Shown here: in pieces, positions 38,540 to 50,424 of the stretch
Position numbering within the stretch: the stretch's first letter is position 1
Layout of the letters: each line of letters opens with the position of its first letter
Source of the DNA: Alphaproteobacteria bacterium
Lineage (GTDB): Bacteria > Pseudomonadota > Alphaproteobacteria > Bin95
Length of the DNA stretch: 64,000 nucleotides
Assembly: GCA_965205265.1 (NCBI GenBank)
Contig: CBDBGH010000003.1
Coordinates: 2,560,001-2,624,000 of the forward strand
Direction: 5' to 3'
The notes under the pieces: generated by a model
What the model saw: the letters and a program-made list of their open reading frames with translations, nothing else
Told to the model about the DNA's origin: nothing
Databases searched by the model: none
Translations under genes and position numbers: made by a program

Positions 38540-40609
38540 ATGTCACAAGATACTGAAAATACATCGAAAAAGTCCGTTTCCGGCGGTGGAATACGCATCG
38601 GAGTGGATGTCGGCGGCACCTTCACCGACTTCTCCGCCGTCAACGACCGGACCGGCGAAACCCATGTCTTCAAGCGCCCCTCGACGCCGGACGACCCGAG
38701 CCGCGCCATCCTGGAGGGCATCCGGGAGATGGCGGACGCCTGCGGGATCGCCCTCGACGAGGTTTCCCGGCTCGCCCACGGCACGACGGTCGCAACCAAT
38801 GCGCTGCTCCAGGGCAAGGGCGGCCGGGTGGCGCTGGTCACCACCGAAGGCTTCCGGGACCTGCTGGAGATCGGCCGGCAGGTCCGCCCGCACATGTACG
38901 ATTTCCGCCGCAGCTTTCCGGCCCCGCCCGTGCCGGCGGAGCGGCGCTTCGAGCTTGCCGAGCGCATGGATGCGGCGGGCGAGCCGGTGCGCGCGCCGAC
39001 GGAGGCGGATATCGAGGCGGCCGTGGAGGCGGTGCGCGCGAGCGGCGCGGAGGCCTGCGCCGTCTGCTTCCTGTTCGCCTATCTGAACGGGGCGCATGAG
39101 CGGGCGCTGGCGGATGCGCTCAGCGCCGCGCTGCCGGCGCTGCATGTCTCGCTCTCCTCCGAAGTGCAGCCGGAGTTCCGGGAGTTCGAACGGTTCTCGA
39201 CCACGGCCGTGAACGCCTATCTGCAATCGGTCATGGAGCGTTACCTCGGCCGGCTGGAAGAAGGCCTTTCAGCCGTAGCGCCCCGCGCCAGCCTGGGCAT
39301 CAACCAGTCGAGCGGCGGGCTGATGTCGGCGGCGCGCGCCCGCGCCTTCCCCGTCCGCACCGCGCTTTCGGGGCCGGCGGCGGGCGTCGTCGGCGCGGTC
39401 CACGCCGCCCGCAGCGCCGGCTTCGGCGACCTCGTCACGCTCGACATGGGCGGCACCAGCGCGGATATGGCGCTCATCCGGGGCGGCGAGGCGGACATTG
39501 CCTATGAGCGCGCCGTGGCGGGCTTTCCCATCCGCCTGCCGCAGATCGACATTGCGACCATCGGGGCGGGCGGCGGCTCCATCGCCTGGTTCGACCGCGA
39601 CGGGCTGATGAAGGTCGGCCCCGGGAGCGCCGGCGCCGACCCCGGCCCCGCCTGCTACGGGCGCGGCAACACGGAGCCGACCGTCACCGACGCGAACCTG
39701 CTGCTTGGGCGGCTCAGCCCGCGCGGCCTGCTGGACGGCGGCATGCGGCTCGACGAAGGCAGGGCCCGCGCCGCCTTCGAACCGGCGGCCCGGCGCCTCG
39801 GCCTTTCGGTCGAGCGCACGGCGGAAGGCGTGCTCGACATCGTGGCCGCCAACATGATCCGCGCGATCCGCACGGTCTCGGTGGAGCGCGGCCACGACCC
39901 GCGCGGCTACGTGCTGGCCGCCTTCGGCGGGGCCGGGCCGCTGCATGCGCGCGATGTGGCCGCCGGTCTCGGTATCGGCAAGATCCTGGTGCCGCCCGCG
40001 CCCGGCATCGTGTGCGCGGAGGGCCTGCTGGTCTCGGACCTCCGCGAGACCTTCACCCGCAGCGAGCGCATCGCCGTCTCGCGCAAGGCGTTTGACCGCA
40101 TCGCGGCCATTCTGGAAGAGCTGGAAGAACAGGCCCGGCTCTGGTTCGCAGGCGAACCGGGCGCGGAAGGCCGGCGGACCGAAGCATCGCTCGACATGCG
40201 CCATGTCGGGCAGAATTTCGAGCTCGCCGTGGCGTTGCCGGACAGGCTGGACGAGCTCGGCGACCGGTTCCTCGATGCGCATGAGTCCGCCTACGGCTTC
40301 CGCAATCCGGAGGACCCGGTCGAAATCGTCAATCTGCGCCTGACGGCGAAGGCCCGCCTCTACCGGGCGCCCGAAACGGAATTGCCGCCTGCCGACGGGC
40401 CGCCCGCGCCGAGGGAGCGCCGGCCCGTCCGCTTCGCGGGACAGGAGTTCCCGGAGACACCCGTTTACGACCGCGCCCGGCTCGGGGCCGGCGCCCTTGT
40501 CGCCGGGCCGGCCGTCATCGAACAACTCGACGCCACCGCCGTCGTCTGGCCGGGCGACGCGGCCGCGGTGGACGCCCACGGCAACCTCACCGTCCGGATC
40601 GCACCATGA
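38540..40609 (+). CDS. Hydantoinase/oxoprolinase subunit A
   Basis: IGVDVGGTFTD, HGTTVATNA, SGPAAG, DMGGTS, IGAGGGSI, GPGSAGADPGPACY. Confidence 0.95.
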   Translation: MSQDTENTSKKSVSGGGIRIGVDVGGTFTDFSAVNDRTGETHVFKRPSTPDDPSRAILEGIREMADACGIALDEVSRLAHGTTVATNALLQGKGGRVALVTTEGFRDLLEIGRQVRPHMYDFRRSFPAPPVPAERRFELAERMDAAGEPVRAPTEADIEAAVEAVRASGAEACAVCFLFAYLNGAHERALADALSAALPALHVSLSSEVQPEFREFERFSTTAVNAYLQSVMERYLGRLEEGLSAVAPRASLGINQSSGGLMSAARARAFPVRTALSGPAAGVVGAVHAARSAGFGDLVTLDMGGTSADMALIRGGEADIAYERAVAGFPIRLPQIDIATIGAGGGSIAWFDRDGLMKVGPGSAGADPGPACYGRGNTEPTVTDANLLLGRLSPRGLLDGGMRLDEGRARAAFEPAARRLGLSVERTAEGVLDIVAANMIRAIRTVSVERGHDPRGYVLAAFGGAGPLHARDVAAGLGIGKILVPPAPGIVCAEGLLVSDLRETFTRSERIAVSRKAFDRIAAILEELEEQARLWFAGEPGAEGRRTEASLDMRHVGQNFELAVALPDRLDELGDRFLDAHESAYGFRNPEDPVEIVNLRLTAKARLYRAPETELPPADGPPAPRERRPVRFAGQEFPETPVYDRARLGAGALVAGPAVIEQLDATAVVWPGDAAAVDAHGNLTVRIAP

Positions 40610-42192
40610 CCGCACTCGACCCCATCGGCCTCGAAATCCTCGCCAACGCGCTGCGCTCCATAACCGACGAAACCTTCGCCGCGCTGATGAAGAGCGCCTA
40701 CTCCACCAATATCAAGGAGCGGCACGACCACTCGACCGCCATCATGGACGCGAAGGGACGGCTGATCGCGCAGGCGGAGCAGTCCCTGCCGATCCACATC
40801 GCGTCCATGAGCGGGCTGATGGAGTGCCTGCTGGCTCGTTACGGCGACGATATCGAGGAAGGCGACATCGTCATCGCCAACGACCCGCACATAGCGGGCG
40901 GCACGCACCTTCCCGACATCAACATGGCCGCGCCGGTCTTCGCGGACGGGCGCATCGTCGCCTGGGTCTGCAATATCGCCCACCACGCCGATGTCGGCGG
41001 CATGGCGCCCGGATCCATGGCCGGCGGCATGTCGGAAATCTACCAGGAAGGCCTGCGCGTGCCGGTGGTCAAGCTCTTCCGCAGGGGCGAGTTGCAGAGC
41101 GAGCTGTTCGACCTCGTGCTGCTGAATGTGCGCCTGCCGAACGAGCGGCGGGGGGACTATTTCGCCCAGGTCGCCGCCTGCAATCTGGGGGTGAGGCGCA
41201 TGGCGGAGACCATCGAGGCCTATGGCGCCGATACCGTCCTCGCCGCCTTCGAGGACATGCTGGCGCGCACTGCCGGACGCATGGCGGACGCCATCCGGGC
41301 CATCCCGGACGGCACCTACCGCTTCCAGGACGTCATGGACGATGACGGCATCGAGACCCGCGACATTCCCATCGTGCTCACCGTCGAGAAGAAGGGCGAA
41401 CGCGCGCGCTTCGACTTTTCCGGCACTGCGCCGCAAGTGCCTGGCAATATCAACGTGACCATGAACGCGACCGTCGCCGCGGTCACCTACACGCTCAAGG
41501 CGCTACTCGACCCGGAGGTGCCGAACAACCAGGCGGTGATCGACTGCGTGGAGATATCCGCGCCGCGCGGCTCGCTGCTCAACGCCGTCTTCCCCGCCCC
41601 CGTGGCGGCGCGGGCGCATACCTGCCAGCGGATCATCGATGTCGTGTTCGGCGCGCTGGCGCCGGCCGTGCCGGACCGCGCGCCGGCGGCCGGCAACGGC
41701 GCCAACACCACCGCCGTCTTCTCCGGCATCGACCCTCGCACGGGCGAGGGCTACCTCTATCTGGAAACGCTGGGCGGCGGGGCCGGCGGCTGGCCGGGCG
41801 GCCACGGCAAGGACGGCGTGCAGGTCGGCATCACCAACACCTCCAACCTGCCGGTCGAGGCCATCGAGACCGAATATCCTCTCCGGGTCGAGCGTTACGG
41901 CCTGCTGGAGGGCTCCGGCGGCGCAGGGCGGTTCCGCGGCGGGCGTGGGCTCTACCGCGTCGTGCGCCCGGTCGGGCATGACTGCCTGTTCAACGGCGCG
42001 GGCGAGCGCTTCTCCAACGCCCCCTGGGGCCTCGCCGGCGGGAAGCCCGGCGGCCGGGGCCGCTTTGCGCTGCTGGACGGTGCCGGGGCCGAAACCCCGC
42101 TTGAGATCAAGCCGTCGGGCGTCATCGTGCGCGAGGGCGAAGGGCTGCGCGTCGAGACCCCCGGCGCGGGCGGGTTCGGGTCCCCGTCGTGA
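40606..42192 (+). CDS. Hydantoinase B/oxoprolinase subunit B
   Basis: AYSTNIKERHD, NDPH..GTHLPD, HHADVGG, EIYQEG, GSGGAGRFRGG, ETPGAGGFG. Confidence 0.95.
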   Translation: MTALDPIGLEILANALRSITDETFAALMKSAYSTNIKERHDHSTAIMDAKGRLIAQAEQSLPIHIASMSGLMECLLARYGDDIEEGDIVIANDPHIAGGTHLPDINMAAPVFADGRIVAWVCNIAHHADVGGMAPGSMAGGMSEIYQEGLRVPVVKLFRRGELQSELFDLVLLNVRLPNERRGDYFAQVAACNLGVRRMAETIEAYGADTVLAAFEDMLARTAGRMADAIRAIPDGTYRFQDVMDDDGIETRDIPIVLTVEKKGERARFDFSGTAPQVPGNINVTMNATVAAVTYTLKALLDPEVPNNQAVIDCVEISAPRGSLLNAVFPAPVAARAHTCQRIIDVVFGALAPAVPDRAPAAGNGANTTAVFSGIDPRTGEGYLYLETLGGGAGGWPGGHGKDGVQVGITNTSNLPVEAIETEYPLRVERYGLLEGSGGAGRFRGGRGLYRVVRPVGHDCLFNGAGERFSNAPWGLAGGKPGGRGRFALLDGAGAETPLEIKPSGVIVREGEGLRVETPGAGGFGSPS

Positions 42193-42986
42193 GCCCTGTC
42201 CGGGTGGAGCGGGAGGGGATCGCCCTTCACGTCCTGCTGACGCGGCCGGAACGCCGCAACGCGCTGACCCAGGAGACGATGGACGCGCTGCTTGTTGCGT
42301 TCCGGAATGCGAAGGAGTCGGACGCGCGCGCGGTCGTGCTGCGCGGCGAGGGCGGGCAGTTCTCGGCAGGCGGCGACATGTCCATGCTGGGCGACATCCC
42401 GCCGCCTGCGGACCCGGACCCGCTCTTTCCCGTCTATCGCAAGATGGGCCATGTGCTGGAACTGCTGAACGCGCTGCCGCAGGCTGTGATCGCGGTGGTC
42501 GAGGGAGCCTGCACGGGCGGCGGCCTCGGCATGGCCTGCTGCTCCGATGTCGTCATCGTCACCGAGGACGCAAAGATCGGCCTGCCCGAGGCGCGCGCCG
42601 GCTTCATCCCGGCGCAGGTGATCCCCCATATCGTGCGCCGCATGGGCGAAGGCTGGACCCGGCGGCTGGTCGCAACCGGCACGATACTGGACGGTCACGA
42701 CGCGCTCCGCGACGGCCTCGCCCACATTCTCGTATCCGGACGCGAGGAAGCCGACAGGGCGCTGAGGGAGGTGCTGGAGCAGGTCTGCCGCTCGGAGCCG
42801 AACGCGGTCGCGGAGGCGAAGCGGCTGGTCATCTCCGCCTCCGACCGCCCGGTGGACGAAACCCTGGACGACGCCGCCCGCACCATAGCCGCCCTATTGC
42901 GCGCCCCCGCCGCCCGCGCCGGCATAGACGCCTTCCGCGCAAAGCGCCCGCCTCCCTGGGCGGAAGAGGACGGTGACACCGGATAG
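42189..42986 (+). CDS. Enoyl-CoA hydratase/isomerase
   Basis: RPERRNAL, FSAGGD, GGGLGM, LPEARAG. Confidence 0.93.
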   Translation: MSPVRVEREGIALHVLLTRPERRNALTQETMDALLVAFRNAKESDARAVVLRGEGGQFSAGGDMSMLGDIPPPADPDPLFPVYRKMGHVLELLNALPQAVIAVVEGACTGGGLGMACCSDVVIVTEDAKIGLPEARAGFIPAQVIPHIVRRMGEGWTRRLVATGTILDGHDALRDGLAHILVSGREEADRALREVLEQVCRSEPNAVAEAKRLVISASDRPVDETLDDAARTIAALLRAPAARAGIDAFRAKRPPPWAEEDGDTG

Positions 42987-43240
42987 CAGCAGGAAGCTGC
43001 GCTCCGATTTCAAGGACCGAAAACTTATCGGCGGCGCGATCTACAAGGGCCATGGCGATGCCGGGCTGCTGACAGACAACGCCTGCGCCGGCGGCTGAAG
43101 CGCGGGCTTGGGCCGCCCAGCAGTAGGGCTGCGGCCGCACAGGACGTCGGCGCGCCGTCCGGAGAGGCGGCGAGAGCACGCAAATCGCGGCAAGAGAAGC
43201 GAATTGTTCGAAATAATTGAGTAATATTTCTCTATATGAC

Positions 43241-43267
43241 TTGCGTTTTCAGAAAGTGTGCTATAAT
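43241..43267 (+). promoter_or_regulatory. Extended -10 sigma70 promoter of cassette A
   Basis: TTGCGT-N15-TATAAT with TGn extension, preceded by an AT-rich tract. Confidence 0.6.
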
Positions 43268-43334
43268 GGGTTCGAGGGAGTGGAGTCCGCGCGGACCGCT
43301 TCCCGCCCGCGCCGGCCCGGTGCGGAACGACCCC

Positions 43335-43457
43335 GATTCAGCCGACAGGCGAAGTGCGCCCTGTGCCTGCCTCGCGCACGCGCAATCAGGCGCGCGAACC
43401 GCGCCGCCGCGAAACGTGCGCCCGCCCGCGCACAGGCGCCCGCGCAGGATACGCGCG
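43335..43457 (+). repeat. Conserved GC-rich leader, copy A (homologous to 55719-55830, minus strand)
   Basis: 33-nt identity (43379-43411 vs 55764-55796) and 16-nt identity (43430-43445 vs 55730-55745). Confidence 0.9.
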
Positions 43458-43525
43458 GTAAAGGGTCGCTCCGATGCCGGGACGGGGCGCCTGATGAACG
43501 CGAGACGAACGAAGGAGCCGCACCC

Positions 43526-43960
43526 ATGCCCGTGCTCGACCCGACCCTCTCCCTCTCCTCGCGCCAGGAAGCCTTCCGCAACCACTATTATGAAAATACC
43601 AGAGTAAGCATGTCATTCCATGACACGCCGCAACAGCCCGCCCGTCCAGCCGGCGTCGTCCCCGACGGCGCGAAGCGTCGATCCGGGACCTCAGGCGGCC
43701 CGCCCGAAGATAACTACAACCCCGAACGATCCTCCCGCAAGCGGGCCGATGGCGAGCGCCCGAGCGAGGAGGAACGCGCCGAGGGCGCGGAAACCGACTG
43801 GCTCTACCAGCGCCGCAACAACTACACGGAACTCCACGACCCCTGGTCGCCGGAGAACATCGAACGCCGTCGCCGGGACAGCCTCAACCGGCTCGAAAGG
43901 GCCGGCCCCTTCAACCCGCCCCGAAACGCCGGTTCCGCCCCCGACCATGACATTTCATGA
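43526..43960 (+). CDS. Orphan protein (144 aa); N-terminus resembles the start of a terminase small subunit
   Basis: AAGGAG RBS; LSSRQEAFRNHY resembles LT.KQ..F...Y; the remainder is low complexity. Confidence 0.5.
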   Translation: MPVLDPTLSLSSRQEAFRNHYYENTRVSMSFHDTPQQPARPAGVVPDGAKRRSGTSGGPPEDNYNPERSSRKRADGERPSEEERAEGAETDWLYQRRNNYTELHDPWSPENIERRRRDSLNRLERAGPFNPPRNAGSAPDHDIS

Positions 43961-43985
43961 CATTTCATGACATCCCATGACACTT
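43946..43985 (+). repeat. Four tandem 10-bp CATGACATTT-like units
   Basis: catgacattt catgacattt catgacatcc catgacactt. Confidence 0.92.
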
Positions 43986-44037
43986 CGCCAGGGAGCCCGC
44001 CATGTGCCGGTCCATGAACCTCAGCACATACCCGCCC

Positions 44038-44925
44038 TCAATCCCGTCCGGCGATGCGGTCTGCCAGCGCCAGAGTGCGGCGGGCCTTTTCGACGATGGG
44101 GTAATCGACGAAATAGCCGTCCACCTGGATGGAGGCGGAGCCGGCGGCCTCGGCTTCGTCGAAGGCGGCGACGATGCGCCGTGCGCGTGTCGTCTCCTTC
44201 TCTGTCGGCGAGAAGGCGTCGTTGACCGGGCCCACCTGGCTCGGGTGGATGCAGAGCTTGCCCTGGAAGCCGAGCGCCAGCGCGCGCCGCGCCGAGGCCG
44301 CGAAGGCCTCCGTCTCGCGCAGTTCGATGAACACCGTATCGACTGGCGGCTCCAGCCCGCCCGCCCGCGACTCCATCACCATCGCCGCGCGCGCATGCGC
44401 CAGTTCCGCCTCGTCCAGAGACCAGCGCATCCCCACATCGAGCGTGTAGTCGCCGGCGCCGAAAGAGAGCCGCCGGAGCCGCGAGCGGCAGGCGGCGATC
44501 TCCTTCAGGTTGGACATGCCGAGGCCGGTCTCCACGATAGGCATGAGGTCGATGCTGCCGACCTCCAGCCCCGCCTTGCGCTCGAGCTGGGCGAGTGTCC
44601 AGTCGATGGTCTGGAGCATGGCCGCGCTTTCGAGTTTCGGCAGCACGATGCCGTCGAGCCACGGCCCGACGACCGCTTCCATGTCCCCGAAGCACCACTC
44701 GGTCTCGGCGGCGTTGACGCGCACGAAGCCCTTGCAGGGCCGCGGCCGCCTGAGCGCGGCGACGGCGTCGGCGCGGGCGGCCGGTTTCTCTGCGACCGCA
44801 ACCGCGTCCTCAAGGTCCAGGATCGCCGCGTCCGCGCCCGCCCGGAACACCTTCTTCGCCATGCGGGCATGGTTGGCCGGCGCGAACAGGAAGCTCCGCC
44901 AGGGTCCGGTCGAGGACAGGGCCAT
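44038..44925 (-). CDS. CitE/HpcH-HpaI citrate lyase beta family CoA ester lyase
   Basis: RSFLFAPAN, ILDLEDAV, VRVN, LPK, IVET, GKLCIHPSQV. Confidence 0.93.
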   Translation of the reverse strand: MALSSTGPWRSFLFAPANHARMAKKVFRAGADAAILDLEDAVAVAEKPAARADAVAALRRPRPCKGFVRVNAAETEWCFGDMEAVVGPWLDGIVLPKLESAAMLQTIDWTLAQLERKAGLEVGSIDLMPIVETGLGMSNLKEIAACRSRLRRLSFGAGDYTLDVGMRWSLDEAELAHARAAMVMESRAGGLEPPVDTVFIELRETEAFAASARRALALGFQGKLCIHPSQVGPVNDAFSPTEKETTRARRIVAAFDEAEAAGSASIQVDGYFVDYPIVEKARRTLALADRIAGRD

Positions 44926-44934
44926 CTCGGCGCC

Positions 44935-45711
44935 TCACATCGCGGTCATGCCGCCGTCGATGGTCAGGTTCTTGCCGGTGATGTAGTTGGCCCCCGGCGC
45001 AAGCAGGAAGCAGACGCTGGGCGCCACGTCGCTGGTCTCGGCGTAGCGGCCGAGCGGTATGCGGGCCATGGTCTGGGCACCGAATTTCGGCCCCCGGATC
45101 ACTTCCGTCATCGGCGTGACGACCGTGCCGAACGCCACCGAATTCACGCAGATGCCGTAGCGCGCCCATTCCCGCGCCGCGCTCATGGTGATGCCGAGCA
45201 CGCCGGCCTTGGCGGCGCCGTAATTGATCTGGCCGATGGTGCCGGCCGTGCCTGCGATGGAGGACACATTGACGATCTGGCCGGGGCAGACGCCGAACTC
45301 GCCGGTCTCGGACTGTTTGATCATCTGCCTGCCGACCGACTGCAAGACCAGATAGACGGCCGTCAGGTTCACATTGATGACCTCGTCCCAGTATTCGCGG
45401 CTCATCTTGTGGATCATGGCGGCGCGGACGATACCGGCATTGTTGACGAGCCCGGTGATCGAACCCCACTCGCCGACCATCGCCTCGACGATGCCGTCCG
45501 CAAGGCCCTGGTCGGTGACCGAGCCGTGGAAGCCCATCGCCTTGTCGTCTCCGAGTTCGGCGACGAGGCTGTCTATGCCTTCCTTGTTGAGATCGACGAC
45601 GGCGGCGCGGCCGCCCATGGAGACGACGGTGCGCGCGACCTCGCGGCCGACGCCCTGCGCGGCGCCCGTGACCAGGACATTGCGGCCTTCGAGACTGAAG
45701 GGATTGCTCAT
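44935..45711 (-). CDS. SDR oxidoreductase (FabG/PhaB-like)
   Basis: TGAAQGVG, NNAG, YGAAK, IDGG. Confidence 0.93.
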   Translation of the reverse strand: MSNPFSLEGRNVLVTGAAQGVGREVARTVVSMGGRAAVVDLNKEGIDSLVAELGDDKAMGFHGSVTDQGLADGIVEAMVGEWGSITGLVNNAGIVRAAMIHKMSREYWDEVINVNLTAVYLVLQSVGRQMIKQSETGEFGVCPGQIVNVSSIAGTAGTIGQINYGAAKAGVLGITMSAAREWARYGICVNSVAFGTVVTPMTEVIRGPKFGAQTMARIPLGRYAETSDVAPSVCFLLAPGANYITGKNLTIDGGMTAM

Positions 45712-45788
45712 TTCGGCGTTTCCTTATGCATTCGGGTTCCGTTACCGTAGCCGCAACTGCGCCGGCGGCAAGCGGGAGAAAGGGACGC

Positions 45789-46847
45789 ATGACGGAGAAT
45801 CCGCGTTGGACGAGGCGGCCCGACGGGTCCACCTGGGGCGATTGGGGCCCAGACGACCAGCTCGGCCGGCTGAACCTGCTGACACCCGAACGGGTGCTGA
45901 CCGCGCGCGAGGAAATCCGCCTGGGCGAAGTCTATTGCCTGTCCCTGCCGCTGGACTATCCGGGCCGCAATGTGCTCAATCCCCGTCGTCATCCGCCCGT
46001 ACTGGAGCCGACCCGGGGACCGGACGGCGCGCCGCGCTACAACTTTCCGCTCCAGATCGAAGACCCCCGCCATATCGATGTCGGCTGCGACGACCGGGTG
46101 CAGATGACGCTGCAATATTCCTCGCAGTGGGACGCCTTCTGCCACATGGGGCAGATGTTCGATGCGGACGGCGACGGCATCCCGGAAATCCGCTTCTACA
46201 ACGGCTTCAGGGGCGGCGAGGACATTATCGGTCCGGTGGACTACAACGCCGACGGCTCGCAGACGCCCCGCCCGGAAGCGATGGGCGCGCGCAAGCTCGG
46301 CATCGAAACCTTCGCCGAAAAGGGGATTGTGGGGCGCGGCGTGATGATCGACCTGGAGCGCTTCTTCGGGCGCGAGGGGCGCCATCTCGTCACATATGAA
46401 GAGCTGATGCGCGTGCTGGAGGAGACCGGCGCGACGGTCGAGGAAGGCGATCTCGCCTTCTTCTACACGGGCTTCGCCGACCTGCTGCTGGAGATGGAGA
46501 AGGAGCCGGACGGCCCCCGCCTCGCCAATAGCTGCGCTGCGCTCGACGGGCGCGACGACCGGCTGCTGCAATGGGTCACGGACTCGGGCGTCGCCGCGCT
46601 CTTCGCCGACAACTACGCCGTCGAGCAGTCGCCCGCCCGGCCCATGCCGGGAGAGCGCTACGCCAACTCGCCGCTGCACCAGCACTGCCTGTTCAAGCTC
46701 GGCGTGCCGCTGGGCGAACTCTGGTATCTGGGCGACCTCGCCCGGCGGCTCCGGGAGCTCGGCCGGACACGCTTCTTCACCACCTGCCAGCCGCTCCGCC
46801 TGCCGGGCGCGGTCGGCTCCCCCGCCAATCCCGTCGGCATCGTCTGA
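45789..46847 (+). CDS. Cyclase (kynurenine formamidase-like) family protein
   Basis: WGDWGPDDQLGRLNLL, SSQWDAFCH, GRGVMID, ADNYAVE, LGELWYL, GAVGSP. Confidence 0.9.
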   Translation: MTENPRWTRRPDGSTWGDWGPDDQLGRLNLLTPERVLTAREEIRLGEVYCLSLPLDYPGRNVLNPRRHPPVLEPTRGPDGAPRYNFPLQIEDPRHIDVGCDDRVQMTLQYSSQWDAFCHMGQMFDADGDGIPEIRFYNGFRGGEDIIGPVDYNADGSQTPRPEAMGARKLGIETFAEKGIVGRGVMIDLERFFGREGRHLVTYEELMRVLEETGATVEEGDLAFFYTGFADLLLEMEKEPDGPRLANSCAALDGRDDRLLQWVTDSGVAALFADNYAVEQSPARPMPGERYANSPLHQHCLFKLGVPLGELWYLGDLARRLRELGRTRFFTTCQPLRLPGAVGSPANPVGIV

Positions 46848-46876
46848 CCCGCCAACCAGGAAAGCGACCGCATCCC

Positions 46877-47281
46877 ATGGCCATCACCAAGGGCATCGAC
46901 CGGCTCCTCGCCGCCGCCCGCGCGAAGATCGAGGAAATCCCCGCCGCAGACGCGCTGGCGCTCCGGGACGACGATTCCGTGCAGATCGTCGATATCCGCG
47001 ATGTGCGCGAACTCGACCGCGACGGCATGATCCCGGGCGCGCTGCATGCGCCGCGCGGCATGCTGGAATTCTGGGTCGATCCGGCAAGCCCCTATCACCG
47101 CGATGTGTTCGCAAGCGGCAAGAAGTTCGTCTTCTACTGCGCGAGCGGCTGGCGTTCGGCTCTGGCAACGGAGACGCTGCAGGACATGGGCCTGGAACCC
47201 GTCGCCCATATCGAAGGCGGTTTCACGGCCTGGAAAGAGGCCGGCGGCCCGGTCGCCGAACGGCCGCGCAAGGGCGGATAG
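46877..47281 (+). CDS. Rhodanese-like protein
   Basis: VDIRDVRE, PRGMLEFWVDP, YCASGWRS, GGFTAW. Confidence 0.93.
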   Translation: MAITKGIDRLLAAARAKIEEIPAADALALRDDDSVQIVDIRDVRELDRDGMIPGALHAPRGMLEFWVDPASPYHRDVFASGKKFVFYCASGWRSALATETLQDMGLEPVAHIEGGFTAWKEAGGPVAERPRKGG

Positions 47282-47309
47282 GCGGCGCTCCCGACATATT
47301 GCCTTCTTC

Positions 47310-47325
47310 CGGCACGCAGTTTGCT
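47310..47325 (+). promoter_or_regulatory. sigma54 (-24/-12) promoter of amtB-glnK
   Basis: CGGCAC-GCAGT-TTGCT (GG-N10-GC), 46 nt upstream of amtB. Confidence 0.75.
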
Positions 47326-47371
47326 TCTTACTAGGGGAACGGTCGTCCTCTGCAGGAGTTCGGAAGCGGCA

Positions 47372-49034
<1,663 letters not shown>

Positions 49035-49164
49035 CGGAGACATTGCGTCCCTGAAGCAGTTCGGGCGGCGCTGTCAGTTTGGTAGCGCCGCTTGCGCTTG
49101 CCGACCGCGACACCTGGCGGGTAGCCTTCGCCCTCCCGGCCCGCAAACAAAGGAAGCCGCGCCC

Positions 49165-50250
49165 ATGACGACGGTCCGAGCCATGACCTTCGGCGTGCAG
49201 ACCGCGCCCTCCACCGATGTCCGCAAGTCCGACAAGATGCTCTATGACGAGGTGATCGAAGACGTGAAGCTCGCCGCGGCGCTCGGCTACGAATCGGTCT
49301 GGATGCTGGAGCACCATTTCTCGGACTACTACCCGACGCCGAGCCCACTGCTCTTCATGGCGCATGTCGCCGCGCTTTGTCCGGATATCGGGCTCGGCAC
49401 CTCGGTGCTGGTGCTGCCCTGGTACCATCCGGTGCGCATCGCCGAAGAGGTCGCGATGCTGAACTCGCTGACGCGCGGCACCCTGCATCTGGGCCTCGGG
49501 CGCGGCACCGCGAAATCCGAATACGACGCCTATGGTGTGTCCATGCCGGAGGCGCGCGGCCGGTTCGCAGAGTCGCTGGACATCATCCGCAAGGGCCTCT
49601 CGGGGCAGGAATTCACCCATGACGGGACCTACTACAAGGTGCCGCGCCCGGTCCGCCTGCGCCCGGAGCCGGTGGACAAGCCGGTCAGGTTCTACGGCGC
49701 CATCGGCAGCCCGCAAAGCGCCGGCGTGATGGCCGGGCTCGAACTGCCACCGCTTTGCCTCTCCACCTTCCCGGCGCGGCTGCTGGAGCGGATCCTGGCG
49801 ACCTGGGACGAGAGCGCGCCCGCAAGCGCGGACCGGACCAAGGCCATCTCGATCAAGATGCTGATCGCCGACAGCGACGAGGAGGCGCTCAAGCTCGCGC
49901 GGCGTTATTTCCCGCCTTATTTCTCGATCCAGGCGGACCACTACGAGGCGGACGCGAACCCCTGGGAGAATATCGAGGAATACCAGCAGTTCTCCCGCAT
50001 GTTCGCCAATCTGCGCAAGATGGCGGACCCGGACGAGCTCGGCCCCTATTGCGAGATGAACCTTGTCGGCTCGCCGGAGACCGCCGTGGAGCGCCTCAAG
50101 GGCTATGCCGCGCTCGGTTTCGACTATGCGCTGGTTTCCGCCGCCACGCCCGGCATGCCCAAGGACCTGCAGCGCGAGGTCATGGCCCGCTTCGCCCGCG
50201 AAGTCGCCCCGCACTTCTCGCCGGCGTTCCGGGCGGAGGCGGCGGAGTAG
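49165..50250 (+). CDS. LLM (luciferase-like) flavin-dependent oxidoreductase
   Basis: WMLEHHF, LPWYHPVRIAEE, LGLGRG, VGSPE. Confidence 0.92.
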   Translation: MTTVRAMTFGVQTAPSTDVRKSDKMLYDEVIEDVKLAAALGYESVWMLEHHFSDYYPTPSPLLFMAHVAALCPDIGLGTSVLVLPWYHPVRIAEEVAMLNSLTRGTLHLGLGRGTAKSEYDAYGVSMPEARGRFAESLDIIRKGLSGQEFTHDGTYYKVPRPVRLRPEPVDKPVRFYGAIGSPQSAGVMAGLELPPLCLSTFPARLLERILATWDESAPASADRTKAISIKMLIADSDEEALKLARRYFPPYFSIQADHYEADANPWENIEEYQQFSRMFANLRKMADPDELGPYCEMNLVGSPETAVERLKGYAALGFDYALVSAATPGMPKDLQREVMARFAREVAPHFSPAFRAEAAE

Positions 50251-50424
50251 CGCCGCGAAGCGGCCTCGGTGACGAGCGTCGGAGCGCGGCCCGATCCGGC
50301 TGCGTTTCGGCAGTCGGAACCGCCAACGATCCCGGCATCCCGATCCGTCACGACTCCTGATGACATAGCGGCGCGTCTCCGTGAATATAGGCGTCGATTG
50401 CCCGAACAGCGAACCGGAGGCGCC

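Noticed and set aside
43200-43240. Alphaproteobacterial LexA box (GTTC-N7-GTTC) at the cassette promoters (also 55950-55980)
   Set aside because: Only single GTTC/GAAC half-sites without correct spacing.
43946-43985. Tandem repeats as a CRISPR array (also 38063-38107 and 54648-54710)
   Set aside because: Units are 7-10 bp with no unique spacers, and no cas genes are present.
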